Translations under genes and position numbers: made by a program
Notes under the pieces: model-generated
Seen by the model: only the letters and a program-made list of their open reading frames with translations
Databases searched by the model: none
Told to the model about the DNA's origin: nothing
Assembly: GCA_032249095.1 (NCBI GenBank)
Contig: JAVVGN010000002.1
Coordinates: forward strand, 2,048 to 34,047
Reading direction: 5' to 3'
Length of the DNA: 32,000 bases
Origin: Candidatus Caldarchaeales archaeon
GTDB taxonomy: Archaea; Thermoproteota; Nitrososphaeria_A; Caldarchaeales; Calditenuaceae
Part shown: positions 16,242 to 25,258 of the stretch, piece by piece
How the letters are laid out: every line of letters begins with the position of its first letter
How positions within the stretch are numbered: position 1 is the first letter of the stretch

Positions 16242-17097
16242 ATGTTGAAGTTCTACGCAGATGTTCAGATGTTCATAGGACTAAGAAGAATAGCGAGGGA
16301 TACAGGATAACATACTCTACTGACGGAACGACTTTCAGGCACGTAGACAGCTTCAGCGGGATGCCGGCTGGGCCCGGAGATCAAGTATTGGTGGATACAC
16401 TACCGGTCCAGCACACGGACGGCGCGATAGAACTTATGAGGAGAGGGGTGGAGGTCTATTATCTTAGGAGGCTTACACTGATTGAGAAGATGCGCAGGGA
16501 GCATAAGTTGCCGAAGACTGCTAGGGGAGACATCAAGGCATTGATGAGTGTTGAGGAGAGGTGGTTTAGGAGGATTACTGGGGACTTCCTAGTTATGCGT
16601 AGGATGATACTGGCCTATAGGTCTCTATTGAGGAGCCATCAGCAACTGCTGAACAAGTATAGGGCTTTGTCTGAGGTTGAGAAGGTGGTTCTGAAGCCAG
16701 CTATCTGATCCATAGAGAAGCAGATGGTGGAGATGGCTAGGATGATTGTTGGGGAGGCTGGTAGGAGGTATCCGGCCTATAATTGGCTAGTTGATAGGCT
16801 GGGTATTCGTGGGAATATTAAGGCGCTGGAGGCTTTGGCCGAGCTGATACCGTATGTTGGCCAGCCGATGGGTCTCAGAAAGATGATTAACCTTCTGGGC
16901 TTGTTCAGACCGTCCGTGGGAGAAAGAAGATCTATTGCGGGTATTTGAGGCGTGCTTTGCAGAGGCTGACGGCTTCAGCAAACAACACCACATCATTTCA
17001 ACTGACCGCGGAGAGGAAGAAGGAGGTGTTATCGAGAGTCTGGAGGATATATAGGCAGGAAGTCCTTGGGAGGCTGGCCATGCCGACGCAGGGATAA
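16242..17097 (+). pseudogene. IS110-family-like recombinase, disrupted
   Basis: Clearly alignable at the nucleotide level with 11623..12576. Lesions: an 8-nt tandem duplication GATGTTCA/GATGTTCA (16260-16275) shifts the frame, an in-frame TGA at 16706-16708 sits where copy 2 has TCT, and a further frameshift occurs near 16945 (the YLRRALQRLTASA motif continues in another frame). Confidence 0.7.
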
Positions 17098-17258
17098 AAC
17101 CGGAGGCCGGCATGACGCATAGTTTAACGAGCACCCCGCTGTCGGGTGCTTTGATGGGTGGATAAACGTCCGGCCTCCTCTAAGGGTTTCCCAGATGCTG
17201 CACGGATGGCCAGCCACCCCTCCCCCCTTCTTCCCCTTTACAATAAATTTAAATTGAT

Positions 17259-17336
17259 ATTTAGTTGGTTTAATATGGCGTTATGGTGGTTATGATTGAT
17301 GAAAGCTTGGCGAGGCCTTCATTAAACCGACTAAAT
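17259..17336. repeat. 16-nt inverted repeat (one G-U/mismatch position) upstream of glgB
   Basis: ATTTAGTTGGTTTAAT (17259-17274) and ATTAAACCGACTAAAT (17321-17336) are separated by a 46-nt spacer. A third half-site-like TGGTTTAAT lies at 17339-17347. The repeat sits in the AT-rich region between the right end of copy 3 and the glgB start. Confidence 0.6.
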
Positions 17337-17385
17337 AATGGTTTAATCGTTTATCCACCCCCACCATCCTAGGCATACAAGCCGG

Positions 17386-19377
17386 GTGCGGGTGGGCGAG
17401 GTGGCGCGAAGTGAGGTGAAGCCGCTTTACGACGTGAGCCTCATAACCGACTACGATGTATACCTCTTTAGGAGCGGGACGCACTACCGGCTATACGAGA
17501 AGCTGGGCGCCCACATAACCGAGCGGGAGGGCGAGAGCGGCGTCTTCTTCGCCGTCTGGGCACCAAGCGCCGAGAAGGTCTCGGTCATCGGCGAGTTTAA
17601 CGGCTGGGACCCGGATGTCAGCCCCCTGAGAAAGAGGGGCGACGGCTCCGGGATATGGGAGGGCTTCATACCCGGCCTCGGGCAGGGAACGCTCTACAAA
17701 TACAAGGTGTTTGGGAGAGGAGGATACGTCGCTGACAAGTCAGACCCCTTCTCCTTCTTCTTCGAGGCGCCTAGGACGGGGGCCGCCTCGGTGGTCTGGA
17801 GCCTCGACTACTCGTGGGGCGATGAGGAGTGGATGAGTGGACGCCGGAGGGCTAACTCGCTTAAGTCTCCCATCAGCATATACGAGGTCCACCTAGGCTC
17901 TTGGCGCCGCGCTCCAGAGGAGGCTGGGCGGCACCTGACCTACCTTGAGCTCGCCGAGCAGCTACCTAGATACGTCTCGGAGATGGGCTTCACGCATGTG
18001 GAGTTCCTGCCAATCATGGAGCACCCGCTCTACGCCTCGTGGGGGTACCAAGTCAGCGGATACTTCGCCCCGACCTGTAGGTATGGGAAGCCACAGGACT
18101 TCATGCGCCTGATAGACGCGCTACACCATGAAGGCATCGGCGTTATCCTCGACTGGGTGCCATCCCACTTCCCCCGCGACGAGTACGGGCTCGCCTACTT
18201 TGACGGGACACACCTCTACGAGTACGAGGACCCGAGGATGAGGATACACCCCGACTGGGACAGCCACATCTTTGACTATGGGAAGAACGAGGTGAGGTCC
18301 TTCCTGATAAGCAGCGCACTCTTCTGGCTCGACAAGTATCACGCGGACGGCTTGAGGGTTGACGCCGTGGCCTCTATGCTCTACCTCGACTACTCGAGGC
18401 CGCCGGGCGGCTGGGTGCCCAACATATACGGTGGTAAGGAGAATCTCGAGGCGATAGCCTTCCTCAGGGCGCTGAACGAGGCCGTCTACAGATATTATCC
18501 AGAGGTCCAGACGATAGCCGAGGAGTCGACGGCATGGCCTAACGTCTCTAGGCCGACCTACATAGGGGGTCTAGGTTTCGGCCTCAAGTGGAACATGGGC
18601 TGGATGCACGACATGCTGTTCTACTTCTCGAGGGACCCGATCTATAGGAAGTACCACCACGACATACTCAAGTTCGTCGCGTGGTACGCCTACTCGGAGA
18701 ACTTTGTTCTGCCGCTCTCGCATGACGAGGTTGTTCATGGGAAGGGCTCCCTCCTATCCAAGATGCCGCTTGACCCGTGGCAGAAGTTCGCCAACCTCAG
18801 GGCCCTATACGGCTTCATGTACGCCTTCCCCGGGAAAAAGCTCCTCTTCATGGGTGGGGAGTTCGGACAGTGGGCCGAGTGGAGCCACGATAGGAGCCTC
18901 GACTGGCACCTCCTACGATATGAGCCACACAGGGGCCTCCAGAGGCTCGTCAAGGACCTGAACAGGCTTTACAGGAGCGAGCCCGCACTCCACACAGGCG
19001 ACACGGATCCGAGGGGCTTCGAGTGGATCGACGCCAACGACTGGGAGCAGAGTGTCATATCATTCCTGAGGAAGGACGTGGATGGGGAGGGGGTCGTGAT
19101 GGTCGTCTGCAACTTCACCCCTGTCCCGAGGACCGGCTATAGGGTTGGGGCGCCGGTGGCGGGCTACTGGCGGGAGATACTGAACACGGACGCTGCGGAG
19201 TACGGTGGCTCGGGCTGGGGCAACATGGGGGGAGTCGAGGCCGAGGAGATAGGTTTCCACGGAAGGCCCGCCTCCCTCCCGCTCACACTCCCACCACTGG
19301 CCTGCCTGTATCTTAAGCCCAAGGAAGATGCTGAGCGGAGAGGGATAAACAGGGGCGTCGCTCACCTCGCGCTATAA
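17386..19377 (+). CDS. glgB: 1,4-alpha-glucan branching enzyme, GH13 type
   Basis: The sequence matches bacterial-type GlgB throughout: [94 protein letters not shown]. The GTG start is uncertain by a few codons. Confidence 0.9.
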   Translation: MRVGEVARSEVKPLYDVSLITDYDVYLFRSGTHYRLYEKLGAHITEREGESGVFFAVWAPSAEKVSVIGEFNGWDPDVSPLRKRGDGSGIWEGFIPGLGQGTLYKYKVFGRGGYVADKSDPFSFFFEAPRTGAASVVWSLDYSWGDEEWMSGRRRANSLKSPISIYEVHLGSWRRAPEEAGRHLTYLELAEQLPRYVSEMGFTHVEFLPIMEHPLYASWGYQVSGYFAPTCRYGKPQDFMRLIDALHHEGIGVILDWVPSHFPRDEYGLAYFDGTHLYEYEDPRMRIHPDWDSHIFDYGKNEVRSFLISSALFWLDKYHADGLRVDAVASMLYLDYSRPPGGWVPNIYGGKENLEAIAFLRALNEAVYRYYPEVQTIAEESTAWPNVSRPTYIGGLGFGLKWNMGWMHDMLFYFSRDPIYRKYHHDILKFVAWYAYSENFVLPLSHDEVVHGKGSLLSKMPLDPWQKFANLRALYGFMYAFPGKKLLFMGGEFGQWAEWSHDRSLDWHLLRYEPHRGLQRLVKDLNRLYRSEPALHTGDTDPRGFEWIDANDWEQSVISFLRKDVDGEGVVMVVCNFTPVPRTGYRVGAPVAGYWREILNTDAAEYGGSGWGNMGGVEAEEIGFHGRPASLPLTLPPLACLYLKPKEDAERRGINRGVAHLAL

Positions 19378-19378
19378 G

Positions 19379-19384
19379 TTTTTT
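19379..19384 (+). terminator. oligo-T tract after glgB
   Basis: TTTTTT begins 2 nt after the glgB stop codon. Oligo-T runs act as archaeal termination signals. Confidence 0.4.
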
Positions 19385-19409
19385 GAGGGGCTGAGCGGTC
19401 TATTGGGCG

Positions 19410-20759
19410 ATGAGTTCTGAAAAGTGGGAGGGCTACTCGGGCCTCCTGCTCGAGATGATTAGGGTCGCGGGCTGCGAGGTCGGAGACGAGGTCGAGGTCG
19501 AGAGGCCTGATGGCTCGAGGTTCCGGGGGCTCCTCATGTCTAAAACCGAGCTCTCCGCCGAGAACATAATAGTCATCAAGCTCCCCAACGGCTACAACGT
19601 GGGTGTCGCAGTCGACCCTTCCTGCAGGATCAGGAGGATAGCGCCGGGCCGCCGGCCGGCCTTCACAAGGCCGCCAACTCCGCCCCAGAAGCCAGACCTC
19701 CCGAGGGTCAGGGTGATAGGCACGGGCGGGACGATCGCCAGCAGAGTGGACTACAGGACAGGCGCCGTTAGGCCCGCAATCTCCTCCGAGGACCTTGTCT
19801 CGCTTGTCCCTGAGCTCTACGACGTGGCCTACGTAGAGGCTGAGGTTCTCCTCTCGGTCTACAGCGAGGATCTTACGGTGAAGGAGTGGGAGCGGATCGC
19901 GGAGAGGGTCTACCAAGTGGTTAGGGAGGGAGGGAGGGGTGTTGTCCTGACCCACGGGACAGACACGATGCACTACACGGCGGCCGCCCTGAGCTTCGCC
20001 CTCCAGAGGCCGCCGGTCCCGATAGTTCTGGTGGGTGCGCAGAGGAGCAGCGATAGGCCCTCGAGCGATGCGGCAACCAACCTTATAGCAGCGGTCTGGA
20101 CCGCCGCCAGGGCTCCGTTCGGCGAGGTCGTGCTCGCGATGCACTCTTGGCACTCGGACGATGAGGTCGCGATACATCGAGGCACTCGCGTCGTCAAGAT
20201 GCATACGAGCAGCAGGAACGCCTTCAGGAGCGTCAACGCCGGCCCGCTCGCGCTATACAGGTCCGGCTCCCTCGAGATTCTCGACGCGGACTACCATCCC
20301 CGCGGGCTGGACGGCTTCGTCTATGCACCGGGCTTCAGCGACAGGGCCGCCCTCGTGAAGTTTTATCCCTCGATGGGGCCGCAGATCCTAGAGTACCTTG
20401 AGGCGAGCGGGTTCCGGGGGGTGGTGATAGAGGGGACCGGGCTGGGCCATGTCGCTAGGAGGTGGATACCCGTGATCAGGAGACTCACCGATTCAGGCTT
20501 CTTCGTGGGGATGTGCTCCCAGTGCAGGTTCGGCCGCGTCAACATGCGGGTCTACAACACGGGGCGCGACCTCCTAGCTGCTGGGGTGACACAGCTCGAG
20601 GACATGCTTCCAGAGGTGGCCCTCGTGAAACTTATGTGGACCCTGAGCCGCGTCGGCGACCTAGAAGGTGTTCGGGAGCTGATGTTGCGGCCCATCGCCG
20701 GCGAGATCGGCGCCAGGATCCTACCGGAGGTGGCTTGCAACTGGACTACAAGGAGCTAG
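19410..20759 (+). CDS. gatD: Glu-tRNA(Gln) amidotransferase subunit D
   Basis: An N-terminal AD1-like domain is followed by an asparaginase-type domain (RVIGTGGTIASRVDYRTGAV..VVLTHGTDTMHYTAAALSF..PIVLVGAQRSSDRPSSDA). gatE follows directly. Confidence 0.9.
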   Translation: MSSEKWEGYSGLLLEMIRVAGCEVGDEVEVERPDGSRFRGLLMSKTELSAENIIVIKLPNGYNVGVAVDPSCRIRRIAPGRRPAFTRPPTPPQKPDLPRVRVIGTGGTIASRVDYRTGAVRPAISSEDLVSLVPELYDVAYVEAEVLLSVYSEDLTVKEWERIAERVYQVVREGGRGVVLTHGTDTMHYTAAALSFALQRPPVPIVLVGAQRSSDRPSSDAATNLIAAVWTAARAPFGEVVLAMHSWHSDDEVAIHRGTRVVKMHTSSRNAFRSVNAGPLALYRSGSLEILDADYHPRGLDGFVYAPGFSDRAALVKFYPSMGPQILEYLEASGFRGVVIEGTGLGHVARRWIPVIRRLTDSGFFVGMCSQCRFGRVNMRVYNTGRDLLAAGVTQLEDMLPEVALVKLMWTLSRVGDLEGVRELMLRPIAGEIGARILPEVACNWTTRS

Positions 20760-22618
20760 GCCTGAGGGTCGGCCTCGAGATACATAGGCAGCTCGACACT
20801 AGGAGGAAGCTCTTCTGCCCCTGCAGCACCTCCCCTCCCCTCCGTGGGGGGGCGAGGATCGAGGTCGCGCGGTACCTTAGGGAGACACAGAGCGAGCTCG
20901 GGGAGGTCGACCAGGCGGCGAGGTTCGAGTCGAGAAGGATGCGGAGGATCGTCTATCTCTCAGACCCCTCGGCGACGTGTCTTGTGGAGCTGGACGAGGA
21001 GCCGCCGCACCCGATCAACGAGGAGGCCGTGAGAATAGCCCTAACCGCCGCTCTGATGGTCGGTGCGAGGCCGCTCGACGAGATACACGTGATGAGGAAG
21101 ATAGTTATCGACGGGTCTAACACCTCTGGGTTCCAGAGGACGTGCGTGGTAGCCCTTGGGGGAGAGATAAGTATTGGCGGCCTGCCCGTCCCGATCCAGA
21201 CCATAACCCTCGAGGAGGACGCGGCGAGGATAGTAAGATCCACGCCGAGCGAGGTCGTCTACGACCTTACGAGGCTCGGGATACCGCTCATAGAGGTCTC
21301 GACGGGGCCGGTCCTCACCTCGCCACAGGAGGCTGCGAGGGCGGCCGAGGCTATAGGAAGGCTGCTGAGGGCCACGAGGGGTGTGAAGAGGGGGCTTGGA
21401 ACCGTCAGGCAGGACCTCAATATCTCGGTCCGCGGAAGCGGCCTCATGGAGGTTAAGGGCGTCCAGGAGCTCGAGCTGATCCCCAGGGTAGTGGAGTTCG
21501 AGGCGAGGCGCCTCAAGCACCTACAGGATGTGATGGCGGAGCTGGGGAGGCGGGGGGTCTCCCCAAGCCTCGTCGAGTCCCAGCCCATCCAAGATGTAAC
21601 AGAGGTCTTCAGGGACACGGGTAGCCGCGTGATTCGAAGAAAGCTGACCGAAGGGGGTGTTGTGCTCTGCCTGAGGCTCCCGGGCTTCGAAGGCCTCCTG
21701 AGGGGCGATGGCGAGGTGAGGCTGGGTAGGGAGCTGGCGGGATACGCGAAGGCGTGGGGAGGAGTCGAAGGGATATTCCACTCGGACGAGCTTCCCGGAT
21801 ACGGCGTCTCGGAGGACGAGGTACGCTCTGTCAGGGCTCTGTGCGGGGCAGGAGAGGGCGACGCCTTCGTCCTAGTGGCTGACGAGAGAGGGAGGGCCCG
21901 CGAGGCGCTGGAGGCCGTTAGGACAAGGGCTGCCCAGGCCTGCTACACAATACCTGACGAGACGCGGGGCGCCCTCCAAGACGGCACCACAGTCTACCTG
22001 AGGCCACGCCCCGGGGCTGCCCGGATGTACCCCGAGACCGACATACCTCCCTTCAGGGTCTCGCCGAGCCTACTAGCCGAGATAGCCCGAGACCTTCCCC
22101 CACCCCTCGAGAAGGTCGCCGAGGACCTCATGAGGCGTCATGGTCTGAGCAGCCAGCTGGCGTGGGAGCTGATAGACGAGGAGAGGGTCGAGGAGTTCGA
22201 GAGCATCGTTGGGCTAGGCATAGCGCCCAGCGTGGTAGCGAGCGTCCTGACCGAGGGGCTTAAGCAGCTCAGGAGGGAGGGGGTCCCCGTCGAGAACCTC
22301 GACACAGAGAGGATCGCCGGCTATTTCAGGCTCGTCAGCGAGGGCGTGACCGCGAAGGAATCAGCCCTACAGGTCCTGGCCGAGCTGAGCAGGGACCCCA
22401 CGCTGCGCCCAGAGGAGGCGGTGGACAGGCTGGGGCTGAGGGCCCCGCCCCTTGAGGAGGTCAGACAGTTCATCGACCAGCTTATCCGCGGGGTTCCCAC
22501 GGAGGAGAGGGGTAGGGCAACTGGAAGACTGATGGGCGAGCTTATGAAAAAGTATAGAGGGAGGATAGACGGCTCGCTCCTCAACAAACTCCTCCTAGAG
22601 AGGATCTCGGCCAGCTAG
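20735..22618 (+). CDS. gatE: Glu-tRNA(Gln) amidotransferase subunit E
   Basis: LDYKELGLRVGLEIHRQLDTRRKLFCPC..VEVKGVQELELIP..MYPETDIPP is a typical GatE/GatB pattern. I place the start at TTG 20735, preceded by GGAGGTGG. The track ORF start at 20462 is an out-of-frame read-through of the gatD 3' end. Confidence 0.88.
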   Translation: MQLDYKELGLRVGLEIHRQLDTRRKLFCPCSTSPPLRGGARIEVARYLRETQSELGEVDQAARFESRRMRRIVYLSDPSATCLVELDEEPPHPINEEAVRIALTAALMVGARPLDEIHVMRKIVIDGSNTSGFQRTCVVALGGEISIGGLPVPIQTITLEEDAARIVRSTPSEVVYDLTRLGIPLIEVSTGPVLTSPQEAARAAEAIGRLLRATRGVKRGLGTVRQDLNISVRGSGLMEVKGVQELELIPRVVEFEARRLKHLQDVMAELGRRGVSPSLVESQPIQDVTEVFRDTGSRVIRRKLTEGGVVLCLRLPGFEGLLRGDGEVRLGRELAGYAKAWGGVEGIFHSDELPGYGVSEDEVRSVRALCGAGEGDAFVLVADERGRAREALEAVRTRAAQACYTIPDETRGALQDGTTVYLRPRPGAARMYPETDIPPFRVSPSLLAEIARDLPPPLEKVAEDLMRRHGLSSQLAWELIDEERVEEFESIVGLGIAPSVVASVLTEGLKQLRREGVPVENLDTERIAGYFRLVSEGVTAKESALQVLAELSRDPTLRPEEAVDRLGLRAPPLEEVRQFIDQLIRGVPTEERGRATGRLMGELMKKYRGRIDGSLLNKLLLERISAS

Positions 22619-23697
22619 GCCTCGCCTGGGTCACCCTCGTGCAGGGGCTCGCCCCGCGATATCATCTTGAGCGCCGTGTATACTGCGAGGAGCGCGGTGG
22701 GAGCCGCGAGCTCCGTCGGGAGTGTGATGGCAGGCGCGAGGTCTATGACCAGGTCGGCGGCCCTATAGACGCCCTTCGGAATCCCTTCCCTAGAGCCGAA
22801 GAGGAAGTTGATACGCCTCGCAGACCTGTAGAGCTCGAGGAGCATCTCAGCGGATCTATGAAGCCCTACACCTTCGGGCTCGAAGACGACTAAGGGCTCG
22901 CCGCGCCTGGCCCTGACGAGCTGGTACAGGTCTTGGACCAGGACCTCTACTGGGTTGGGTTTCCTCGCATAGGTTCGCGCCTGGACCTTCAGCCGGCTCT
23001 CCCTACCCTCAAGGACGCCTTGGATGAACTCTGCGAGGGCGCCGGCCTCGACGGGCTCTGAGGGAGCAATCACCAGCTCCCCGACCTCGAAGGACTGGGC
23101 GGCTCTCCCGATCCTAGAGCCCATCTCTCTGCAGGACTTTGGTGGGCCGAGGTAGGGCATCTGGACAACGCTGATTCTCCTGAAGAAGGGATGCGCCTCC
23201 GTCTTCCCCGGCCCCATCTTAGACCACTCCAGCGCGCCATCGTAGACCGATACGTATGCCTCGTCTCCGACGATCTCTATCCTCACGACCTTGTCGGGCT
23301 CGTCCAGATCAACGGGGGCTCCCAGCTCCTTCTGAATAGCCGCGCCGACGGCCACGTTGACGTCGAGGCTGGTGAAAACGTGTCTTCCCCTCCTCACGGT
23401 CCTGACGGCGAAGGTCTCCCCACTGGAGATCAGGCCGCCGACGGCCCGCAGGGCCTTCTCAGCTATGTCTCCGATAGTGGCCCTAGCTGTCTCTAGCACC
23501 CGGTAGACGTGCTCAGCCTCTAGGACCTCGGAGCTTATCGCGGAGGCCAGCGCCTCGGGCTCCCTACAGCTCTTTACGCAGACCAGCCCCGCATAGCCGC
23601 CGGGTTTGGCGATGACCTCGGCCGACGGGTCGAGCTCAAGTATCCTAGATGCGCAGACCTCCTCGAGCCCCAGCGCCGTCTTGACCAGAATCTCCAT
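22615..23697 (-). CDS. THUMP domain protein with C-terminal SPOUT-like methyltransferase-type region (putative RNA modification enzyme)
   Basis: The THUMP-like pattern is ETFAVRTVRRGRHVFTSLDVNVAVGAAIQKELGAPVDLDEPDKVVRIEIVGDEAYVSV. The C-terminus INFLFGSREGIPKGVYRAADLVIDLAPAITLPTELAAPTALLAVY resembles a SPOUT knot region. Its stop shares the CTAG at 22615-22618 with the convergent gatE stop. Confidence 0.55.
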   Translation of the reverse strand: MEILVKTALGLEEVCASRILELDPSAEVIAKPGGYAGLVCVKSCREPEALASAISSEVLEAEHVYRVLETARATIGDIAEKALRAVGGLISSGETFAVRTVRRGRHVFTSLDVNVAVGAAIQKELGAPVDLDEPDKVVRIEIVGDEAYVSVYDGALEWSKMGPGKTEAHPFFRRISVVQMPYLGPPKSCREMGSRIGRAAQSFEVGELVIAPSEPVEAGALAEFIQGVLEGRESRLKVQARTYARKPNPVEVLVQDLYQLVRARRGEPLVVFEPEGVGLHRSAEMLLELYRSARRINFLFGSREGIPKGVYRAADLVIDLAPAITLPTELAAPTALLAVYTALKMISRGEPLHEGDPGEA

Positions 23698-23703
23698 TAC
23701 CCC

Positions 23704-24138
23704 CTACTCGATTAGGACCTTGTCGATCTTGAAGTGTCTCTTAGCCATCTTCCTGACGAGGTCGACGTTCCTTCCTCCCTTACCTATCGCGAGGGCCTTC
23801 TTCGCGGGGTCGACCTTTATTATGGCTACCGTTGCCCCGTTGTTTTCCTGGACGATCTTCACCTCCTTCACCTCGGCGGGCTTCACGGCGTTTATGAGGA
23901 AGGAGGCGGCGTCCCCCGAGTACTCGACCACCTTCAGCCTCTTCTTCAGTATGTTTGAGAGCTCCTGCACCTTCAGTCCGCCCCTACCCACGGCCCTCCC
24001 GATCTCTCCTTCACTCACGAGGAAGACGATCAGGTCCTCCTCAGCTAGGCAGTCAAGCACGGTCGCGCCCGTGTAGCTCTGGAAGAGAGAGACGAGGCGC
24101 AGCTCGTTCTCCGTTAGCTTCACTTCGCCGCCAGTCAA
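23704..24138 (-). CDS. nusA: archaeal NusA-like transcription termination/antitermination factor (two KH domains)
   Basis: GRAVGRGGLKVQELSNIL and ALAIGKGGRNVDLVRKMA are GxxG KH motifs. The protein is 144 aa with a TTG start overlapping the rpl30e stop, and it sits in the conserved position downstream of rpl30e. Confidence 0.85.
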   Translation of the reverse strand: MTGGEVKLTENELRLVSLFQSYTGATVLDCLAEEDLIVFLVSEGEIGRAVGRGGLKVQELSNILKKRLKVVEYSGDAASFLINAVKPAEVKEVKIVQENNGATVAIIKVDPAKKALAIGKGGRNVDLVRKMAKRHFKIDKVLIE

Positions 24139-24476
24139 TCCTGACCGCCTAGGATCGAGGAGTTGCCCGGATCTATGACCGATAGGGTCGAGACCCAGAA
24201 GGGCTTGCCGACAGCCTTTCCGAGCTCTCTCGAGTCTATGTCGGCGTATATCACTTGGACGCCGGAGGCCCTCGCCGCGATCTCCATCATGGTCCTAAGC
24301 CTTGAGGGGCAGTTGCTAGCCAGTATAACAGCCTTCGCCGCGCCCCTGAGCACGCTGAGATAGCTCTGCCTAAAGCCGACGATGTATTTCCCAGTCATCC
24401 TCACGACGCCGAGCTCCCTTCTAAGATCTAGTATAGAGGGATTCTTATGTCCTTTAATCGATTCTTGAGTCATCAT
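24135..24476 (-). CDS. rpl30e: 50S ribosomal protein L30e
   Basis: GKYIVGFRQSYLSVLRGAAKAVILASNCPSRLRTMMEIAARASGVQVIYADIDSRELGKAVGKPF matches the L30e/L7Ae-fold pattern. The position between rpoA and nusA is conserved. Confidence 0.85.
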   Translation of the reverse strand: MMTQESIKGHKNPSILDLRRELGVVRMTGKYIVGFRQSYLSVLRGAAKAVILASNCPSRLRTMMEIAARASGVQVIYADIDSRELGKAVGKPFWVSTLSVIDPGNSSILGGQD

Positions 24477-24539
24477 GTCTTCCTATGTCGTACCATTTGT
24501 TAGATTACTTCCTATATATGTATTACCATCGTATTGTAG

Positions 24540-25258
24540 GATAGTGTCCGGATGGTGTTATGTTTAAAGGCCGCTTGATGCGTCTTTGTTTGTATGGATG
24601 TTGTGGCCCTGGTCTCGGGCTGTTTTATGCGTAATAAGAAAGTAGGGAGGTTAAGGTCCTAGCAGTGTTGGACTACATGTTTCATGGTAGCTGTAGGAGG
24701 GTTTCCAGAGTTCTGAGCCTTGCTTTGGAGCCTATAAGCAAGTCCGCCGTCCACTACCTTGCCAAGAGGGTATCTGAGATCAGGGTCGCTAAGGAGCCCA
24801 GGTATAGGAGGTGTATAGCTGTTGATGAGACCAAGCTACGTGTCAAGAAATCCTACGTATACATATGGTCTGCAGTAGACGTAGATTCAAAGGAATTACT
24901 GGCTCTAGAGGCTTCATATGGTAGGAGCAGCCTAAACGCCCCATCATTCCTCAAGAAAGCATTGAGGATGTGTACAGACAAGCCGTTGGTATTGGTTGAT
25001 AAAGGCCCATGGTATAGATGGGCATTTGAGAGGCTTGGCCTAGAGTATAGGCATGAGAGGCTCGGCATGAGGAACAGGGTCGAAAGATTCTTCAGATATC
25101 TTAAGGAGAGGACAACGGTATTCCACCGCGAGATGAGCGCGGGAAACCACATACAGGGAATAAGAATAAAGAACCTCAAACTATTCCTAAACCTATTCAC
25201 ACTATACTACCAGGCCGCGAGCCAGGAGGTGGGTGAAAAAGCTTATCCGGACACTATC
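24540..25258 (+). mobile_element. IS6-family-like insertion sequence (~719 bp)
   Basis: A perfect 14-bp terminal inverted repeat is present: GATAGTGTCCGGAT (24540-24553) and ATCCGGACACTATC (25245-25258). These bracket a transposase ORF of IS6/IS240 DDE type. The size is typical of archaeal IS6 members. There is no matching 8-bp direct repeat in the flanks (TATTGTAG vs GAGCGAAA). Confidence 0.7.

Larger units (their letters stand above)
16019..17236 (+). mobile_element. IS110-like repeat family, copy 3 (degenerate)
   Basis: The left end ATCCGTATAGTGTTGTCTGTCCTTTTCC (28 nt) is identical to copies 1 and 2. The TATA block lies at 16101-16165, the leader 3' block at 16181-16240, and the right-end motif CCCCTCCCCCC + TTCTTCCCC at 17217-17236. 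The 5' region is shortened and the ORF is disrupted. Confidence 0.6.

Noticed and set aside
20462-20734. Upstream extension of the gatE ORF (track start 20462), overlapping gatD by about 300 nt.
   Set aside because: The extension is Arg/Pro-rich off-frame translation of the gatD 3' end. GatE homology begins at LDYKELGLRVGLEIH, with a TTG start at 20735 preceded by GGAGGTGG.
24496-24539. A possible degenerate left end of copy 4 between rpl30e and the IS6 left IR. TTTGTTAG is also present 14 nt before the left end of copy 1, and TCCTATATATGTATTACC is loosely similar to TCCGTATAGTGTTGTCTG.
   Set aside because: The similarity is weak and heavily gapped. The ATATATA is equally well explained as the rpl30e TATA box. 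It cannot be supported without statistics or more copies.
24540-24553. Shared ATAGTGT heptamer between the IS6 inverted repeat (GATAGTGTCCGGAT) and the left end of the IS110-like family (CGTATAGTGTTGTC). A similar TATAGTGT also occurs on the minus strand near 4676-4700.
   Set aside because: Matches of 7-8 nt are expected by chance in 64 kb of two-strand sequence, and there is no extended similarity around them.
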